This document shows, piece after piece, positions 1 to 9,668 of a stretch of DNA of 36,871 nucleotides. Numbering within the stretch: position 1 is the stretch's first letter; each line of letters begins with the position of its first letter. The notes under the pieces are model-generated. The model was not told the origin of the DNA. It saw nothing but the letters and a program-made list of their open reading frames with translations, and ran no database searches. Origin of the DNA: an uncultured Anaerolineales bacterium (GTDB lineage: Bacteria; Chloroflexota; Anaerolineae; Anaerolineales; UBA11858); the NCBI GenBank assembly GCA_964544065.1, contig CAZJBA010000005.1:1-36871 (forward strand), read 5' to 3'. The position numbers and the translations under genes are program-made.

Positions 1-9
1 AGGGATGTA

Positions 10-45
10 ATTGTACCAGGGATGTCAACGAGGAACAGGTATAAT
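10..45. promoter_or_regulatory. Divergent promoter pair: extended -10 TGgTACAAT on the minus strand (10-18) and -10 TATAAT on the plus strand (40-45)
   Basis: Both motifs read directly. The ATG at 52 follows TATAAT after a 6-nt gap with no Shine-Dalgarno. Confidence 0.5.
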
Positions 46-51
46 AATCGC

Positions 52-504
52 ATGCACCGAAAAGCCTTTCTCCTGGCACTGATCTTATTCTTCTCCCTGG
101 CCGCCAGGTTACCCCCCGGTCCCGAAATGCGCCAGCGCGGCATCGTCGCCGACCTGCTCCGCCACCCCATCGGGCCGGAGAATCTGATTCTGGAAACGAT
201 GTTGGTCTCCGTTGATGAACATCTGCGCGCCGGCCGCTACGACCAAGCGGAAACCGCCATTGAAGCCGCTGAGGCAACCCTGGCCGCGTTGGAAGCGAGC
301 GAGGCCGACCTGTTTGGCGCCCATCCTCTGGCAGCCGACCACAGCGAGATCGTCGATCTGCTGCTAGAACAGGACTACCTTCCACAACAGATCATGGTTC
401 AAGGTCAGCGAGCAGGCACCGAGGTGAGCAAGGTTGGTCAGGAGTTGGAAACGCTGCAACTCACCCGGGAACAAGGAGATTGGCGCATGACTCCAAACGA
501 ATAA
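52..504 (+). pseudogene. Hypothetical exported protein, probably an internally deleted remnant (signal peptide joined to a C-terminal helical part)
   Basis: MHRKAFLLALILFFSLAA is signal-peptide-like and runs straight into RLPPGPEMRQRGIVADLLRHP..., which I recall as the C-terminal region of much longer Anaerolineae proteins (unverified). Confidence 0.45.
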
Positions 505-522
505 GATCTGTATTTTCTCAAA

Positions 523-830
523 TAGGACTTACGCACATGATGCCATGGGGCGTATTTACAAGTTAGGGGAGGACGCGTTAAACCACGGATTACACTGATT
601 TTCACGGATTTTTTCTGCATTTTCTTTGTGTAATCCGTGAAATCCGTGGTTATTTTCCGGCCTCCCCCAAAAGCTGTATACGCCCGATGCCATGTTTACC
701 GCCGAGACGCAGACGCTCGCTGTGCGTGCTTCGCATGCGTACCTTCGGTAGACGCCAAGAAACGTCGAGAGACAGAAACACTGCCCCCCTGATCCCTGAT
801 TCACTGACTCACTGACAACCTGAATCCCTC
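523..830. repeat. Composite repeat cluster: MITE-end-like TAGGACTTACGCA, nested inverted repeats, 9-mer palindrome, mini-hairpin modules and 7-8-mer tandem repeats
   Basis: GGACTTACGCA at 525-535 (reverse complement at 11251-11261). GGGCGTAT 548-555 / ATACGCCC 678-685. GGGGAGG 566-572 / CCTCCCC 661-667. AACCACGGAT 581-590 / ATCCGTGGTT 642-651. CCCTGAT x2 followed by CACTGA-like units at 787-830. Confidence 0.8.
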
Positions 831-849
831 AAAACAACGCCACATCCTA

Positions 850-877
850 TTGATTCCCTCCCCCACGATGCTATAAT
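850..877 (+). promoter_or_regulatory. Sigma70 promoter for comEC (TTGATT-16bp-TATAAT with extended TG)
   Basis: TTGATT 850-855, TG 869-870, TATAAT 872-877. Confidence 0.6.
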
Positions 878-959
878 GAAGGCGTAATAAAGGGGTTTAT
901 TTCTGTTTTTGGGACCCTTCTGTTCGGTTCGCAACGATTCTGAGCTTACAATTGACACC

Positions 960-3341
960 ATGCCCCTTCTCTGGCTCTCCATCGCCTTCGTCACGGGCAT
1001 CCTCCTCGCCGACATCACCGCCCTGCCCACCCAAACCTGGCTGATCCTGGCCGCGGTTTGCTTGCTTGTTGCCATCATCACGGGGATGGTTAAACGGCGC
1101 CTCGACCGAGATGCGCTCCTCTCCGCTCTCCCCCTTCCCACAGCCATCAAGCCGCCGCTACCGCTGCCCGTCATCCTGCTGATCTTGTTTCTGGGCGCGG
1201 CTCGTTACCAGGCCTCGCTACCCGACCTGAGCGATCCCCATTTCATCGCCGCCTACAATGACCGAGACACGCGCTACGACGTCACCGGCGTGGTCGTCGA
1301 TTTTCCCGATCGGCGCGACTCCTTTACCTACCTGCGTGTCCAAACTGAAGAGATTCGTCCCAACCACAAACGCACAAAGACCGACGTGCACGGCCTGCTG
1401 CTGGCCCGCATCCCGCCGGAAGAATCGTTCCACTACGGCGACCGGATCCTATTGCGCGGCCAACTGGAAACGCCATCCGAAAGCGAAGCCTTCTCCTACC
1501 GCGACTATCTCGCCCGCCAGGGAGTCTACAGCATCATGGCTAGTGAAACCCTCCTTCGGCGCGAAACCGGCGCGGGCAATCCGTTGATGAGAGCTATCTT
1601 CGCCCTCAAAGAGCGTGCCCTGGATACCGTCTACCGCCTGTGGCCTGATCCCGAAGCCTCCCTCTTCGCTGGAATCCTGTTGGGGATCGAAACCAGCATC
1701 CCCCAACACGTCAAAGAAGATTTCAAGGTCACGGGCACCTCCCACGTCATCGCCATCTCCGGATTCAACATCACCATCGTGGCTGGCCTCTTCGCCAACT
1801 TCTTCGGGCGGATGCTCAATCCCCGCCGGGGAGCGGTCGCCGCGGTCATCGGCATCGCCCTCTACACCATTCTGGTCGGGGCCGACGCTGCTGTGGTGCG
1901 CGCCGCCATCATGGGCGGCCTGTCCCTGTTTGCCCGCCAGGTCGGACGCCGCCAACACGGAATCAATACGCTGGCCTTCACCGCCGCGCTGATGTCGCTG
2001 CACAACCCTCACACCCCCTGGGACATTGGCTTCCAGCTCTCCTTCGCCGCCACCCTCGGCCTGATTCTCTACGCCGACCCCCTCTCGCAAGCCTTCGTCA
2101 AATTCGCTTCCCGCCGCATCCCCACCGAGAGGGCCCAACGCCTGGCCGGGCCGGTCGGCGAATATATCCTCTTCACCCTGGCCGCCCAAATCACCACCCT
2201 GCCGATCATGGCCTACCATTTCGGCAGCATCTCCCTGACCGCCTTCCTGGCCAACCCTGTCATCCTGCCCGTCCAGCCGCCGATCATGACCCTGGGTGGC
2301 CTGGCCCTCATCCTCGGCCTGATCTGGCTGCCGCTGGGCAAGCTCGCCGCGCCGTTGGCCTGGCCATTCGTGCTTTTCACCATTCGGGCGGTAGAAGTTT
2401 TTGGAGAATTACGCGGCGGGATTCTGAACCTGGGAGACTTGAGTCTCTTATGGGTGATCCTGTTTTACGCGCTCCTGTTGGGACTCACCCTGGCAGGGTC
2501 CCGTTTCCGGGAGCGTCTCTCCGGCTTGAAACCCGTGCCCGTCCTCGCCGTCCTGGGAATCGCCACCGTGGTGACCTGGCGCGCCGCCCTGTGCGCTCCC
2601 GATGGCCGCCTGCACCTGACCATGCTCGATGTCGGCAGCGGCGACGCCCTGCTGATCCGGACTCCCAACGGGCGCAACCTGCTGGTCGACGGCGGGCCGA
2701 GCACCTCGCTGCTCTCCGACGGTTTGGGGCGCCGCTTGCCGCCCTTCCGCCGCCAATTGGATTGGCTCGTCGTCGCCTTTCCCCAGGGCAAAAACCTGGC
2801 CTCCCTGCCGCGCCTGCTGGACCGCTTCCCCCCGGAGCAAGCCTTATGGGCCGGGCCGGACAGCGCTACCCGCTCGGCCGACTATCTCCGCGCCGACCTG
2901 ATCGAAAGGGGGATTCCCGTGACCGCGGCGGAGCCGGGCCACTGCCTCGATTTGGACGCCGGAGCCAACTTGTGTTTTCTCACCGTGGGAAAGCGCGGCG
3001 CCATCCTGCTGCTGACATGGGACCATTTCCGCGCCCTGTTACCCGTCGGCGCCGCGGCTGACGATTTTCATGCGCTCAACATGGGCGCCGATGTCGGCCC
3101 GGTCACCGCCCTGATGTTGGCCGACAGCGGATTTGCCCCTCTGCTCCATCCCGAATGGCTCGCCAACCTGAACCCCCAGGTGGTCTTGCTCAGCGTCGCC
3201 CCCGACGATCCCTCCGGCCTGCCCGACCGCGAAACCCTTGATTTGTTGGGCGGCTACTCCCTTTTACGCACAGATCAGCACGGCTGGGTACATCTGTCCA
3301 CCGACGGAAAACATATGTGGATAGAGATAGAGCATCACTAG
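960..3341 (+). CDS. comEC: DNA internalisation competence protein ComEC/Rec2 (DUF4131/OB, Competence and metallo-beta-lactamase-like domains)
   Basis: TGTSHVIAISGFN, VVRAAIM and DIGFQLSFAAT competence motifs; LDVGSGDALLI...LLVDGG lactamase start; LRTDQHGWV C-terminus. ATG 960 preferred over TTG 909. Confidence 0.95.
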   Translation: MPLLWLSIAFVTGILLADITALPTQTWLILAAVCLLVAIITGMVKRRLDRDALLSALPLPTAIKPPLPLPVILLILFLGAARYQASLPDLSDPHFIAAYNDRDTRYDVTGVVVDFPDRRDSFTYLRVQTEEIRPNHKRTKTDVHGLLLARIPPEESFHYGDRILLRGQLETPSESEAFSYRDYLARQGVYSIMASETLLRRETGAGNPLMRAIFALKERALDTVYRLWPDPEASLFAGILLGIETSIPQHVKEDFKVTGTSHVIAISGFNITIVAGLFANFFGRMLNPRRGAVAAVIGIALYTILVGADAAVVRAAIMGGLSLFARQVGRRQHGINTLAFTAALMSLHNPHTPWDIGFQLSFAATLGLILYADPLSQAFVKFASRRIPTERAQRLAGPVGEYILFTLAAQITTLPIMAYHFGSISLTAFLANPVILPVQPPIMTLGGLALILGLIWLPLGKLAAPLAWPFVLFTIRAVEVFGELRGGILNLGDLSLLWVILFYALLLGLTLAGSRFRERLSGLKPVPVLAVLGIATVVTWRAALCAPDGRLHLTMLDVGSGDALLIRTPNGRNLLVDGGPSTSLLSDGLGRRLPPFRRQLDWLVVAFPQGKNLASLPRLLDRFPPEQALWAGPDSATRSADYLRADLIERGIPVTAAEPGHCLDLDAGANLCFLTVGKRGAILLLTWDHFRALLPVGAAADDFHALNMGADVGPVTALMLADSGFAPLLHPEWLANLNPQVVLLSVAPDDPSGLPDRETLDLLGGYSLLRTDQHGWVHLSTDGKHMWIEIEHH

Positions 3342-3453
3342 GCCTATAGTACTATTTTGGGCTTGTTCTTTTTGTCAAATACATGTTTTTGGGGTATGAT
3401 TATAGCGCTCATTCATGAACGTTGTCGTGCTCGCTGCCCCTTATGCAATTTGT

Positions 3454-4872
3454 ATGATTGAAGACATCCTTTCCATAAATCCCCTGCTTCTCCTGAGTAT
3501 CGCCGGCGTGTGTGTGTTGCTTTTACTTGTCGCCGTGATTTATACTTTTTCTCTTCGAGAAAAGGTTCGCAAAACGAAAAAAGCTCTGTACAAGCAAAAG
3601 TACCGCCATGCGAAAGATGCGCAAAGACAACGGGGGTACGCCAAGGAAATAACCCAACAACTCAATGCAAAACGATTGCGTGAAGTATATCAGTTAATCA
3701 ACGAGCTTACTGCAACGCTCAACTACCAACGCGTGTTGGATAAGGCACTCGACCTGAGTATGCAGGCTTTGTCAACATCCGATGACGCCGAAGATCGATT
3801 GGTCGGCGTAGTGCTCTTGTTTTCTGAACGCAACTCCGAATCTCCGGAATTATATGTGGGCTCGGCTCGGCGATTGACACCGGCAGATTATCCTCAAACC
3901 TTTCCCGCCAACCAGGGCTTACTCCAAAAGGTCGTTGATGAAGGCGATGCGGTCATGGTAAGAAATGTCGCCCAAGACCCTGAGTTGGGGCGGATGATCG
4001 CAATGCAAAAAAGTCGATCTGCCTACTGTATTCCCTTGCGTCGAGGCATCGACACCTATGGAGTAATCTTGTTTGCCCATCCCGAGGAAACCTTCTTTAA
4101 TTCAACTCACCGGGAAATCCTTAACATCATCGCCAAACAGATTGGCACCGCTATTCAAAACGCCCACCTCTATCAAGAGTTGGGGCAAGAAAAAGAGCGC
4201 ATGATGGAAGTGCAAGAAGAGGCCCGCAAGAAGTTGGCTCGCGACCTCCATGATGGCCCCACCCAGTCCATTGCTGCGATTGCCATGCGGGTCAATTTTG
4301 CTCGCCGCTTGATGGAACGCGATCGAGATGCTGCCGGCGATGAATTGTACAAAATCGAGGAATTCGCCCGCCGCACGACCAAAGAAATCCGTCACATGCT
4401 CTTTACCTTACGGCCTCTCGTTTTGGAGGCGGAAGGCCTGGAAGCAGCGTTACATTCCATGGCTGAGAAAATGAAAGAAACCTACGATCAAAATGTGTTA
4501 ATCGATATCAGTCAAGATATCGCCTCCGATCTGGATATGGATAAGCAAGGCGTCATTTTTTTCATCGTCGAAGAAGCAATCAATAATGCTCGCAAACATG
4601 CCCAAGCCGATCACATCTGGGTTCGTTTGAAACGTTTACAAAGTGATTTAGGCTTGCTCGCTATCGAGGATGATGGCGTTGGGTTCGATGTCGAATCGGT
4701 CAAGGCATCCTACGAACATCGCGGCAGCTTAGGGATGATCAATTTGCGCGAGCGGACTGAACTGATCAGTGGTGTTCTTCGCATTGATTCAACCATAGGA
4801 GAGGGAACTATCATCCAAGTTGCCATTCCGCTGACAGAAGATGCCATCGATCGCATCCGGCATAGCGTCTGA
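3454..4872 (+). CDS. Membrane-anchored GAF sensor histidine kinase (HisKA_3/NarX-like)
   Basis: N-terminal TM, GAF region, LARDLHDGPTQ H-box, EAINNARKHA N-box, DDGVGF and GEGT boxes. Alternative start at 3415. Confidence 0.92.
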   Translation: MIEDILSINPLLLLSIAGVCVLLLLVAVIYTFSLREKVRKTKKALYKQKYRHAKDAQRQRGYAKEITQQLNAKRLREVYQLINELTATLNYQRVLDKALDLSMQALSTSDDAEDRLVGVVLLFSERNSESPELYVGSARRLTPADYPQTFPANQGLLQKVVDEGDAVMVRNVAQDPELGRMIAMQKSRSAYCIPLRRGIDTYGVILFAHPEETFFNSTHREILNIIAKQIGTAIQNAHLYQELGQEKERMMEVQEEARKKLARDLHDGPTQSIAAIAMRVNFARRLMERDRDAAGDELYKIEEFARRTTKEIRHMLFTLRPLVLEAEGLEAALHSMAEKMKETYDQNVLIDISQDIASDLDMDKQGVIFFIVEEAINNARKHAQADHIWVRLKRLQSDLGLLAIEDDGVGFDVESVKASYEHRGSLGMINLRERTELISGVLRIDSTIGEGTIIQVAIPLTEDAIDRIRHSV

Positions 4873-5009
4873 AAAAAGACCTGTTAGGGGGATGTTTCAG
4901 AAATCGAGTGTAATGGTAAGTTTTGACTGATCGTGACTGTCACCTTTTTCATAAGTCAATTTTCATCATTACCAAATCGAGTCCCTTGCCCAGGAAACCA
5001 GGAGATTTC

Positions 5010-5780
5010 ATGCCTATCAAAGCTAATCTATATTACTACGAGCAGCGCGGCGGCCGCGCCGATAAGCCTCCTGTTGTGTTAATCCATGGGGCTGGCGGAA
5101 CCCACTTGCACTGGCCCGCGGAGGTGCGCAGACTCGCTGATTATCGTATCTATGCCTTGGATTTACCGGGTCACGGTAAATCTACGGGCCGCGGCCACCA
5201 ATCTATCGGCGCCTATGTGCATTCGATTGTCAATTGGGTTCAGGCTCTGGCCATCCCCCAAGCGGTTTTTGTGGGCCACTCGATGGGTGGGGCCATCGCG
5301 CTTCACTTAGCGCTCCATAACTCTCACTGTGTTTTGGGGCTCGGCTTAATCGGGACAGGAGCACGCCTGAAGGTTGATTCCGCCTTGTTGGAGAATACGG
5401 TTCTGCCCGCCTCCATCAACCCGGCTGTGGAGATGATTATCCAGCGGGCGTTCAGCCCCGATGCAGATCCCAACCTTGTCCGTTTGGCTGCCAAGCGTAT
5501 GGCTGAAGTTCGCCCCACAGTCCTGCACGGGGACCTGGTAGCTTGTGACGATTTTAATGAAATTGACTCACTCCACAAGGTGAAAGTTCCAACCCTGGTG
5601 ATTTGCGGGCAAGATGACCAACTGACTCCGCCGCGCTATTCCCAACACCTGGCCGATCACATATCCAAGGCCGAACTACAGATTCTGCCTCAGGCCGGGC
5701 ACATGGTCATGCTGGAACGGCCCAAGCAAGTCGCCGAAGCGTTGGAGCACTTCCTGGCCCAGATTCCTTATCCGGGCTAG
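5010..5780 (+). CDS. Alpha/beta fold hydrolase
   Basis: IHGAGG oxyanion motif, DLPGHG, GHSMGG nucleophile elbow, AGHM catalytic His; GGAG RBS before ATG 5010. Confidence 0.93.
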   Translation: MPIKANLYYYEQRGGRADKPPVVLIHGAGGTHLHWPAEVRRLADYRIYALDLPGHGKSTGRGHQSIGAYVHSIVNWVQALAIPQAVFVGHSMGGAIALHLALHNSHCVLGLGLIGTGARLKVDSALLENTVLPASINPAVEMIIQRAFSPDADPNLVRLAAKRMAEVRPTVLHGDLVACDDFNEIDSLHKVKVPTLVICGQDDQLTPPRYSQHLADHISKAELQILPQAGHMVMLERPKQVAEALEHFLAQIPYPG

Positions 5781-6180
5781 GGCGTGTACCATCTGGCAAC
5801 GATTCTCAGTATCGTCTCAATATTTCGGGGGCCATTGAATGAATTCGAGGCTGGCCTGCTTGCGAATATATTCGCCTTTGTAATTTGGCGAAAATGTATA
5901 CTTCGATATGCCTTCGGCTACTCAGTACGGCATCGAGACCAAACGGCTTCAGCGAGATAATACTATATTTCCTCGTCAATCGAACATTAGCCAAATCACA
6001 ATTTGCGGTACAATCATCCCCGTCTAAAAGAAATGAACCCTTAGCCAGGGAAGAAGTTGAACTTTTTCGGCGATCCGGGCATTCTACCTGGGCTTCTGAA
6101 AAGCAACCGAAGGAATTCGGTAGTTTTCAGGTTCGCCACATATTCCGTCAGAACCAGGAAAAAGACAAGTTGGAGTGTTG

Positions 6181-6735
6181 ATGAAAAAACGAGTAGTCGA
6201 TTATTTATATTTGTTCGGATTTGCGGGCTTGATCGTGGCGCTGGATCAATGGACCAAGACGGCTGTGCGCCAGCGTTTGGCCTTTGGTTTGTCCTGGTCA
6301 CCGTGGGATTGGTTGGAGCCTTACGCTCGGATTGTCCATTGGCAGAACACCGGGGCGGCTTTTGGGCTGGGACAAAATTTAAGCGTTGTGTTCATGTTGT
6401 TGACCGTTGTGGTCGTCGCCATGATTCTGTATTATTTTCCCAGCATCCCCCGGCAGGAATGGCCTCTGCGGGTAGCCCTTTGCATGCAGCTTGGCGGTGC
6501 AATCGGCAATTTGATCGATCGTTTAACCCAGAATGGATCGGTGACCGATTTTATCTCTGTGGGCCGGTTTCCCGTCTTTAATGTGGCCGATTCGTCCATC
6601 TCGATCGGGGTGGCGGTGTTGGTGGTCGGGATGTGGATTCAAGAAAGAAGAACGGAAGCCGCTTCAAGCCAGTCTGATTCGCCGGTTCCGGAAGCGGATT
6701 CTTCACTGCGTGTCGAAAATCTCCAAGGTGAGTAG
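6181..6735 (+). CDS. lspA: Lipoprotein signal peptidase II
   Basis: DQWTK, NTGAAFG, GGAIGNLIDR, VTDF and FNVAD motifs; GGAG RBS at 6172-6175. Confidence 0.96.
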   Translation: MKKRVVDYLYLFGFAGLIVALDQWTKTAVRQRLAFGLSWSPWDWLEPYARIVHWQNTGAAFGLGQNLSVVFMLLTVVVVAMILYYFPSIPRQEWPLRVALCMQLGGAIGNLIDRLTQNGSVTDFISVGRFPVFNVADSSISIGVAVLVVGMWIQERRTEAASSQSDSPVPEADSSLRVENLQGE

Positions 6736-7654
6736 CCAGCAGTTCCATTTTCTATTCGAAGAAGATTCTTCCCAACGCCTGGATAAATTTTTGGTGGCGT
6801 GTCTGCCTGACTATTCGCGCTCGCGTTTGCAGGCCTTGATCAAGGCCGGGCACGTCCAAGTGAATGGGCAGATTCCCTCCAAGTCAGGAGTCTCTCTCAC
6901 CAAAGGGGCCAAGATCGAGGTGGAGATTCCCCCACCGGCGCCCAGCCGCCTCCAACCCGAGGCGATTCCCCTTAAAATCTTGTTCGAAAACGAAGATGTT
7001 TTAGTCATCAATAAATCGGCCGGGATGGTAGTGCATCCTGCCCCGGGGCATCCGACCGGCACGTTGGTGCAGGCTGTCTTGGCGCACGCACCCGAAATCG
7101 AAGGAGTGGGCGGAAAGAAACGTCCTGGCGTCGTCCATCGTTTGGATATGGACACCTCCGGGTGTATCATTTTTGCCAAAAACGATCAGGCCCATCATTG
7201 GTTACAAGCCCAGTTTCAGGCCCGCCAGGTAGGCAAAATGTATCTCGCCCTGGTGCACGGCCAACCGCCGACGCCCAAGGGACGGGTGGAAGCCCCGGTT
7301 GGGCGCGATCCGCATCACCGCCAACGCATGGCCGTGAAATCGCCCGGCAGAGGCCGCCAGGCGATCAGCGAATACTTCACGCTGGAGCGTTTCCGCGAGT
7401 ATACTTTGTTGAAAGTACATATCCTGACAGGCCGCACACACCAAATCCGCTTGCACATGGATTTTTTGGGCTGTCCGGTGGCCGGGGATGAAACCTACGG
7501 GCGGCATCAGACCGATCTTCCGTTGGAGCGTCAATTTTTACACGCTCGTCGACTCACCTTGGTGTTGCCAGGCGAGTCCGCCGAGCGCACGTTTGAAGCC
7601 ACCCTGCCACAAGAACTTGAGCAGGTCTTGCAACACTTGAGGGAGAAATCATGA
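6728..7654 (+). CDS. rluD: RluA-family pseudouridine synthase with S4 domain (RluD-like)
   Basis: QRLDKFL...SRSRLQ S4 domain, [19 protein letters not shown] catalytic Asp, [11 protein letters not shown] start overlaps the lspA end. Confidence 0.92.
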   Translation: MSSQQFHFLFEEDSSQRLDKFLVACLPDYSRSRLQALIKAGHVQVNGQIPSKSGVSLTKGAKIEVEIPPPAPSRLQPEAIPLKILFENEDVLVINKSAGMVVHPAPGHPTGTLVQAVLAHAPEIEGVGGKKRPGVVHRLDMDTSGCIIFAKNDQAHHWLQAQFQARQVGKMYLALVHGQPPTPKGRVEAPVGRDPHHRQRMAVKSPGRGRQAISEYFTLERFREYTLLKVHILTGRTHQIRLHMDFLGCPVAGDETYGRHQTDLPLERQFLHARRLTLVLPGESAERTFEATLPQELEQVLQHLREKS

Positions 7655-8697
7655 ACATCATCGATCTACGATCCGACACAGTCACAAAACCGACCCCGGC
7701 TATGCGGGAGGCCATGGCCAACGCCCAGGTGGGCGACGATGTTTACGGGGAAGACCCGACCGTCAACCGGCTGCAAGCCATGGCTGCGGAGATGTTGGGC
7801 CACGAGGCGGGCTTGTTCGTCCCCTCGGGGACGATGGGGAACCTGGCCGCCTTGCTGACGCACTGCCAACGCGGCGATGAAATCATTCTCGGGGATAAAG
7901 CCCACACGTTTTTGTATGAGGCTGGCGGCAGCGCGGCTCTGGGCGGGATTCATCCGCACACAATTCCCAATCAACCCGATGGCCGTTTGCGTTTGGAGCA
8001 TATTCGCGCTGCTATTCGGGGCGATAACCCCCACTTGCCCACCACGCGCTTGATCACGATCGAAAACACGCACAACCGTTGCGGCGGTTCGGTTTTGTCG
8101 GTGGATTATACGAAATCCGTATGTGGCTTGGCCCGCGAGAACGGCCTGTGCGTCCATCTGGATGGCGCCCGAATTTTCAACGCGGCCGCCGCTCTGGATG
8201 TCGATGTCGCCGAGTTGACCGCTCCGGTCGATTCGGTCACCTTTTGTTTGAGCAAGGGGTTGTGCGCACCGGTAGGATCGATTTTGTGTGGCAGCCAGGA
8301 CTTCATTGCCCGGGCTCTGCGGGCGCGCAAGCAATTGGGAGGCGGCATGCGTCAGGTCGGAATCCTGGCCGCGGCTGGAATCATTGCCCTGGAGCAAATT
8401 CGCCCGCGTTTAGGCGAGGATCACGAGCGCGCTCGCAAGTTGGCCCGCGGCCTGGGACAGATTCCCGGCTTGGAGGTGGAGAGCCGCAATCCCCCTACCA
8501 ACATGGTCTATCTCGATTTGGAGCCCCAGGTCACACGCCAGGCCGAGGACGTGGTCGCGGCGTTGTCGCAACGGGGCGTGCTCGTCGGCGCGGTAGGGCC
8601 GCGCCGCTTCCGTCTCGTCACCCATTATTGGATCGAGGATAAGCATGTCCAATCGACGGTGGAGGCCTTCGCCCACGTGCTGGAATCCTGTTCGTGA
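7651..8697 (+). CDS. ltaE: Low-specificity L-threonine aldolase
   Basis: [46 protein letters not shown] (PLP lysine), GGGMRQ. Confidence 0.95.
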   Translation: MNIIDLRSDTVTKPTPAMREAMANAQVGDDVYGEDPTVNRLQAMAAEMLGHEAGLFVPSGTMGNLAALLTHCQRGDEIILGDKAHTFLYEAGGSAALGGIHPHTIPNQPDGRLRLEHIRAAIRGDNPHLPTTRLITIENTHNRCGGSVLSVDYTKSVCGLARENGLCVHLDGARIFNAAAALDVDVAELTAPVDSVTFCLSKGLCAPVGSILCGSQDFIARALRARKQLGGGMRQVGILAAAGIIALEQIRPRLGEDHERARKLARGLGQIPGLEVESRNPPTNMVYLDLEPQVTRQAEDVVAALSQRGVLVGAVGPRRFRLVTHYWIEDKHVQSTVEAFAHVLESCS

Positions 8698-8703
8698 TAT
8701 AAT
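8695..8703 (+). promoter_or_regulatory. Extended -10 (TGaTATAAT) upstream of punA
   Basis: Consensus TGnTATAAT overlapping the ltaE stop, about 45 nt before the punA ATG. Confidence 0.55.
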
Positions 8704-8748
8704 CGTTTTACTAGCATTTCCCCTGAAAAGAAACGAGGAGTTGCCGCC

Positions 8749-9588
8749 ATGCGTAAATTTGTGACCCTGGAACAAATTGATGAAACCACCAAAGTCATTC
8801 GCGATCGGATTACCATCCAACCACGCCTTGGCATGATCTTGGGCTCAGGCCTGGGCCCGTTGGCCGACACGGTTGAGGACCCGGTTGTGATTCCCTATGG
8901 AGAATTGCCCCACTGGCCGGTTTCCACCGTGATCGGGCATGAAGGCCGGCTGGTTGTCGGAAAAATGGAAGGCCAGGACGTGCTCGTCATGCAAGGCCGC
9001 GTCCATTATTATGAAGGCTACTCGATGGATCAAGTCACCTTTCCCGTCCGGGTGATGCAACGCCTGGGAATTGAAATCATGGTCGTGACCAACGCAGCCG
9101 GAGCCGTCAACCCCGATTTTGAACCGGGCGACCTGATGTTGATCACCGATCACCTCAACTTGATCGGTATGGCCGGGCCCAACCCGCTGCGGGGCCCCAA
9201 CATGGACGAGTTTGGGCCGCGCTTCCCCGACATGAGCCAGGCATACGACCGGCAATTGACCGATCTGGCCCGCCAGATCGCCGAAGAGGAAGACATGTTG
9301 CTGCGAGAAGGCGTCTACATTGGCCTGGCAGGGCCGTCCTTCGAAACCCCGGCCGATCTCCGCTTTTTGCGCTCCATAGGCGTCGATGCCGTCGGCATGT
9401 CGACCGTGCCCGAGGTAACCGTGGCGCGTCACGGCGGAACGCGGGTGATGGGCGTTTCGGGTATCAGCAACAAAGCCAATCTAGATGGCAGCACCGTTAC
9501 CAGCCACGAAGAGGTCTTGGAAGCCGGTCGGGTGATGGTACCAAAGTTGATCAAACTAGTCCGCCGAGTCCTCAGTCAGTTAGAATAA
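8749..9588 (+). CDS. punA: Purine-nucleoside phosphorylase (trimeric, PNP I type)
   Basis: ILGSGLG, GHEGRL, QGRVHYYEGY, TNAAG, GPSFETPA, VGMSTVPE; GAGGAG RBS. Confidence 0.95.
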   Translation: MRKFVTLEQIDETTKVIRDRITIQPRLGMILGSGLGPLADTVEDPVVIPYGELPHWPVSTVIGHEGRLVVGKMEGQDVLVMQGRVHYYEGYSMDQVTFPVRVMQRLGIEIMVVTNAAGAVNPDFEPGDLMLITDHLNLIGMAGPNPLRGPNMDEFGPRFPDMSQAYDRQLTDLARQIAEEEDMLLREGVYIGLAGPSFETPADLRFLRSIGVDAVGMSTVPEVTVARHGGTRVMGVSGISNKANLDGSTVTSHEEVLEAGRVMVPKLIKLVRRVLSQLE

Positions 9589-9668
9589 GCGGATCCGTCA
9601 AGTCGTTTTCGAAAACCTGTCAGGTCTCCACCCCACTATCTCAAGAAGACCCAGCAAACAGAATCATC

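Noticed and set aside
6020-6170. Possible 6S or SRP RNA
   Set aside because: The ends do not pair into the long 6S rod, and the SRP CAGG...GGAA...AGCAG internal loop is absent despite the GGAA tetraloop.
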